A DNA stretch of 64,000 nt from Candidatus Eiseniibacteriota bacterium. GTDB lineage: Bacteria > Eisenbacteria > RBG-16-71-46 > CAVPCR01. This document shows, one piece after another, positions 60,236-64,000 of this stretch; position 1 is the first letter of the stretch, and each line of letters opens with the position of its first letter. Location: NCBI GenBank assembly GCA_963823555.1, contig CAWGMA010000001.1:1120001-1184000 (forward strand), written 5' to 3'. The position numbers were made by a program, and so were the translations under genes. Under the pieces are notes generated by a model that saw nothing but the letters and a program-made list of their open reading frames with translations, ran no database searches and was not told the DNA's origin.

Positions 60236-61015
60236 ATGACCGACTGGGTTCTGGCCGATCCGCTCGATACGCGCATCATAACCGGCTTGCTCACGACCAG
60301 GGTGTTGGGGCGTGAACTCGAACTTCATCGCTCGCTCCCTTCGACCAGCGACCGTGTTCGTGAGCGGGCCGGGGAAGGGGCGCCGGCTGGTCTGGTCGTG
60401 TTCGCCGAAGAGCAGACCCGAGGACGAGGCCGGGGCGGGAGTCGATGGGAGTCTCCGCCCGGGACGGGCATCTGGCTATCGGCGCTTCTCCCGCCCGGCA
60501 TCCAGTCGCCCGGACTCGTGATGCTCGGTGCCGGGGTGGCCGTGGCCCGCGCCGTCGAACGCGTGAGCGGGGTCCGGACCGCGCTCAAGTGGCCCAACGA
60601 CCTGGAGATCGCCGGGGCCAAGCTTTGTGGTATCTTGGGCGAAATGTCGCCGCAAACGGGTGTCGTTCTTGGCATCGGCGTGAACGTGCATGCCGTGCCG
60701 GCGGGGATGGATCGGCACGTGATCGCCCTCGATGACGCCGCTGGGCGTCCGGTGGCTCGCAACCCGCTCGTGGCCGCGATCCTGGGCGATCTCGAGGCGG
60801 TGCTCGACGAGGTCGAAGCCGGTCGCTCGGGGCAGGTCCTTGCCGCCTGGCGCACACTCTGTTGCCACATGGGAGCGCGGGTCAGGATCACGACAGGGGA
60901 GGAGGTTGTGGGCGGCGTGGCGGACAGCGTGAGCTCGACCGGGGCGCTCATCCTCAGGTGCGATGACGGCCGTCTCATGACCATCACCTCCGGATCCCTC
61001 TCGGTCGAGTCATGA
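60236..61015 (+). CDS. birA: Biotin-protein ligase (no N-terminal HTH)
   Basis: EEQTRGRGR, WESP, KWPND, KLCGIL, GIGVN. Confidence 0.93.
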   Translation: MTDWVLADPLDTRIITGLLTTRVLGRELELHRSLPSTSDRVRERAGEGAPAGLVVFAEEQTRGRGRGGSRWESPPGTGIWLSALLPPGIQSPGLVMLGAGVAVARAVERVSGVRTALKWPNDLEIAGAKLCGILGEMSPQTGVVLGIGVNVHAVPAGMDRHVIALDDAAGRPVARNPLVAAILGDLEAVLDEVEAGRSGQVLAAWRTLCCHMGARVRITTGEEVVGGVADSVSSTGALILRCDDGRLMTITSGSLSVES

Positions 61016-61509
61016 AGTGCCCGGCTTGCGGACATCTCGAGGACCGGGTGATCGACTCCCGGGCGACCAAAGAGGGCAGCGCCATTCGCCGCCGTCGTGA
61101 ATGCCTCGCTTGCGGGCATCGGTTCACGACCTATGAAGAGATCGAGACCCGGGTGCTCTACGTCGTCAAGCGCGACGGCAGGCGCGAACCCTTCGATCTG
61201 GACAAGCTGTGGGGCGGGGTCCGGCGAGCCACGGAAAAGCGTCCCATTCCAGCCGCGGTTCTCGAGGCGGCGGTCGATCGTATCGAGACCGCCATTCGCG
61301 CCCTGGGGGTGAGCGAGGTGTCCAGCTCGGCGGTCGGGGAGCGCGTGATGGCGGAGCTGCGCGCGATCGACGAGGTGGCCTACGTCCGCTTTGCCTCGGT
61401 CTACCGCCAGTTCCGCGACGTGAGCCAGTTCATGGATGAGGTCAAGAGCCTGCGCGGCGGGACGGGGGAGCCGGCAGCCGAACCGGCTCCGGACAGGGAG
61501 GCTCGGTGA
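61012..61509 (+). CDS. nrdR: Transcriptional repressor NrdR
   Basis: MKCPAC, IRRRREC, RFTTYE, ATP-cone, AYVRFASVY. Confidence 0.98.
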   Translation: MKCPACGHLEDRVIDSRATKEGSAIRRRRECLACGHRFTTYEEIETRVLYVVKRDGRREPFDLDKLWGGVRRATEKRPIPAAVLEAAVDRIETAIRALGVSEVSSSAVGERVMAELRAIDEVAYVRFASVYRQFRDVSQFMDEVKSLRGGTGEPAAEPAPDREAR

Positions 61510-62354
61510 AGTTGCCGCGCAGCGTCGCCGAGATGCCCTTCCTCGATCACCTCGAGGAACTGCGGCGAGTTCTCATCGACTCCATCATCGCGATCGTGGT
61601 GGGAATGGCCGCCAGCTGGGCCTTCTCCGGCTGGATCCTCGAATACCTGATCGCGAGCACGATGCCCGGCGACATGCCCGTCATCTTCCTGGGGCCGGCC
61701 GAGGCTTTCGGGGCGCGCATCAAGGTCGCCCTGACGATGAGCGTGTTCCTCGTCCTGCCCTTCGTGCTGTGGCGGATCTGGCGCTTCGTCGTGCCCGGGC
61801 TGCTTCGCGAGGAGCGCGCGCTCGTCCTGCCACTGGTCCTGGGGTCCACGCTCCTCTTCTACATCGGGGGAGTGTTCGGACTGTGGGTGCTGGTCCCGGT
61901 CGTCATGCGCATCCTCCTGTCGTTCGGCACCGCGAGCATGGTGCCGAACATCGCCGTTGGATTGCTGCTCACGTTCATCCTGCGCCTGGTCCTCGCCTGT
62001 GGGCTCATCTTCGAGCTGCCGCTCGTGACCACGGCGCTGACCATGGCGGGAATCATCAGCCCGAAGGATCTGTGGTCGAAATGGCGCTATGCCATCTTGA
62101 TCATCTTCGTCATCGCGGCAGTGGTGACGCCCGGGGATGGTCCGTCGATGCTCGTTCTTGCCATACCGGTCACGGCTCTCTACTTCATAAGCGTGGGGCT
62201 CTCCTTCCTGGTGCGGAGGCGAGGGCGCGCGGCGGAAGACTGGAGCGAGGAGCCGGCGATTGCGCCGCAGGCGCCGGCCGGCACGGCGCCGCGGCCGGCG
62301 GATCCACCGGCCGCGGCCGATCGCACCCCCGAGTCAGGCGAGGAGAAGCCATGA
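61506..62354 (+). CDS. tatC: Twin-arginine translocase subunit TatC
   Basis: [34 protein letters not shown]. Confidence 0.95.
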   Translation: MKLPRSVAEMPFLDHLEELRRVLIDSIIAIVVGMAASWAFSGWILEYLIASTMPGDMPVIFLGPAEAFGARIKVALTMSVFLVLPFVLWRIWRFVVPGLLREERALVLPLVLGSTLLFYIGGVFGLWVLVPVVMRILLSFGTASMVPNIAVGLLLTFILRLVLACGLIFELPLVTTALTMAGIISPKDLWSKWRYAILIIFVIAAVVTPGDGPSMLVLAIPVTALYFISVGLSFLVRRRGRAAEDWSEEPAIAPQAPAGTAPRPADPPAAADRTPESGEEKP

Positions 62355-63154
62355 GCAGGCGGCGAGTCTCGACTCCGGAGCTGGTTCTGGCGGTCGATGT
62401 CGGCAACACGAGCGCGACCTTCGGTGTCTTTCACGATGAGGATCTGGTGGCGCAGTGGGGGCTTGCGAGCACTGTCGAACGCAGTGCCGATGAGATCGCC
62501 CATCTGCTCCGTGGTCTCGCCGCCGACCGCGAACTCGACCTCGACAAGCCGGCTGCGGGGGTGCTGGCCAGTGTGGTGCCGGCGATGACACGCGAGTTTG
62601 CCGGAGCCCTGACCCGTATGGGGGTGAGATCCCCGCTCATCGTCGACCACACGACCGATCTGGGCATCCGCAATCGCTATCGCGATCCATCGGCGGTCGG
62701 TCCCGATCGGCTGGCCAACGCCGCCGCCGCGCGAGTGCACTACGGCGCTCCAGCCGTGGTGGTGGACCTCGGTACCGCCACCACCTTCGATGTCCTGAGC
62801 GCGCGTGGCGAGTATCTGGGCGGGGTCATTGCACCAGGACTCGTCACCTCCGCCGACGTGCTCTTTCGCCGCGCCGCGCGTCTCCAGCGGATCGAGCTCG
62901 CGCTCCCAGAACGCGTCGTCGGGCGCACGACGGAGGAGAGCATTCGCGCCGGGATCGTCCTCGGCAATGCCATCCTGGTCGACGGGCTGGTGGCGCGCAT
63001 TGCCGCCGAGATCTGCGCCAAGCCGCGCGTCATCGCGACCGGGGGATATGCCGAGCTCATCGGCAAGGCCGCCCGTTCGATCGAAGTCATCGATCCGGCC
63101 CTGACCCTGAAGGGTCTTCTCCTCGCCCATCGTCGGCGCCAGCGCCGCCGCTGA
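62351..63154 (+). CDS. coaX: Type III pantothenate kinase
   Basis: [41 protein letters not shown]. Confidence 0.95.
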   Translation: MSRRRVSTPELVLAVDVGNTSATFGVFHDEDLVAQWGLASTVERSADEIAHLLRGLAADRELDLDKPAAGVLASVVPAMTREFAGALTRMGVRSPLIVDHTTDLGIRNRYRDPSAVGPDRLANAAAARVHYGAPAVVVDLGTATTFDVLSARGEYLGGVIAPGLVTSADVLFRRAARLQRIELALPERVVGRTTEESIRAGIVLGNAILVDGLVARIAAEICAKPRVIATGGYAELIGKAARSIEVIDPALTLKGLLLAHRRRQRRR

Positions 63155-63166
63155 CCACAAGTCGGC

Positions 63167-63195
63167 TTGCCCTCCACGGCGCAACCCGCTAGGAT
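63167..63195 (+). promoter_or_regulatory. Putative sigma70 promoter of groEL
   Basis: TTGCCC-N17-TAGGAT, with a GAGGAG RBS downstream. Confidence 0.45.
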
Positions 63196-63245
63196 CCTTG
63201 GCTCTTGCTGTATCCCGATCTCGAGCTCGCCACAGAGGAGAAGTC

Positions 63246-64000
63246 ATGGCCAAGCAGCTCAGCTTTGATGTAGCCGCCCGCGAAGCCCTGCGCCGAGGCG
63301 TCGACCAGGTTGCCAACGCGGTGCGCATCACCCTGGGGCCACGGGGGCGCAGCGTCGTTCTCGAAAGCAAGTTCGGTGCGCCGACGCTCACCAGCGACGG
63401 CGTGACGGTGGCGCGCGAGATCGAGCTCGGCGATCCGCTCGAGAACATGGGGGCCCAGCTGATCAAGGAGGTCTCGACCAAGACCCAGGAGGTGGCAGGA
63501 GACGGCACGACCACCGCCACGGTTCTGGCCCAGGCCATCCTTCATGAGGGCCTCCGCCATGTGGGAGCCGGTGCCAACGCCATGGCCTTGAAGCGCGGCA
63601 TCGATCGCGCGGTTCAGACTGTGGTCTCGGAGCTCGGGCGCCTCTCCCAGGAGGTGAAGAGCAGGGAACAGATCACCCAGGTCGCGGCGATCTCGGCCAA
63701 CAACGACGCGTCGATCGGTGACCTCCTGGCCACGGCCATGGAGAAGGTGGGCCGCGACGGCGTGATCACGATCGAGGAAGCGCGGGGCATGGATACGCAT
63801 CTCGATGTGGTCGAGGGCATGCGGTTCGATCGTGGCTACCTCTCTCCCTACTTCGTGACGGATCCCGAGCGGATGGAAGTCGTGCTCGAGGATCCCCTGA
63901 TCCTGATCCACGACCGCCGGGTATCGAGTCTCGAGAGCCTGCTCCCCGTGCTGCAGTGCGCGGCGCGCCTGGGCCGGCCGCTCCTGGTCATCGCCGAGGA
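63246..64000 (+). CDS. groEL: Chaperonin GroEL, 3'-truncated by the window edge
   Basis: Translated by hand: MAKQLSFD...TLGPRGR...[12 protein letters not shown]...[14 protein letters not shown]. Confidence 0.96.
   Translation, partial: MAKQLSFDVAAREALRRGVDQVANAVRITLGPRGRSVVLESKFGAPTLTSDGVTVAREIELGDPLENMGAQLIKEVSTKTQEVAGDGTTTATVLAQAILHEGLRHVGAGANAMALKRGIDRAVQTVVSELGRLSQEVKSREQITQVAAISANNDASIGDLLATAMEKVGRDGVITIEEARGMDTHLDVVEGMRFDRGYLSPYFVTDPERMEVVLEDPLILIHDRRVSSLESLLPVLQCAARLGRPLLVIAE

Overview
GC-rich bacterial chromosome segment made mostly of core genes. The gene content suggests a diderm lineage such as Eisenbacteria or another FCB-adjacent group, but that is an inference and the taxonomy cannot be fixed from this window. 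In order it holds: a minus-strand surface glycan-modification cluster (GT-C/ArnT-like, FAD oxidoreductase, GT2, deacetylase); a 5-domain S1 protein; an asparagine-synthase-like protein lacking the N-terminal Cys; the dcw cluster from mraZ to ftsZ (no ddl; murE split by a 1-nt frameshift in a G5 run); rpmB; recG; a roughly 15-kb signalling-rich stretch; a methyltransferase and a Wzi-like gene; valS; DUF4139; uvrB; an ABC permease/M1 peptidase fusion with its ATPase; nadC-birA-nrdR-tatC-coaX; and a groEL without an upstream groES that runs off the end. The signalling stretch contains a zinc-ribbon protein, a PimA/PatA-like glycolipid pair, an orphan C-terminally extended MglA GTPase, a TPR protein, uppP, a sensor kinase with a sigma54 activator, a sigma54 promoter ahead of a receiver and a FliA/WhiG sigma factor, a degenerate GAF-GGDEF protein and a hybrid kinase. 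This stretch is the best candidate for an undescribed system: a sigma54 to sigma28 / c-di-GMP / MglA module whose parts resemble the Myxococcus and Bdellovibrio polarity hubs. That interpretation is inference. No rRNA, tRNA, CRISPR array or mobile element was recognised. All calls were made by eye from motifs; no database searches were run.
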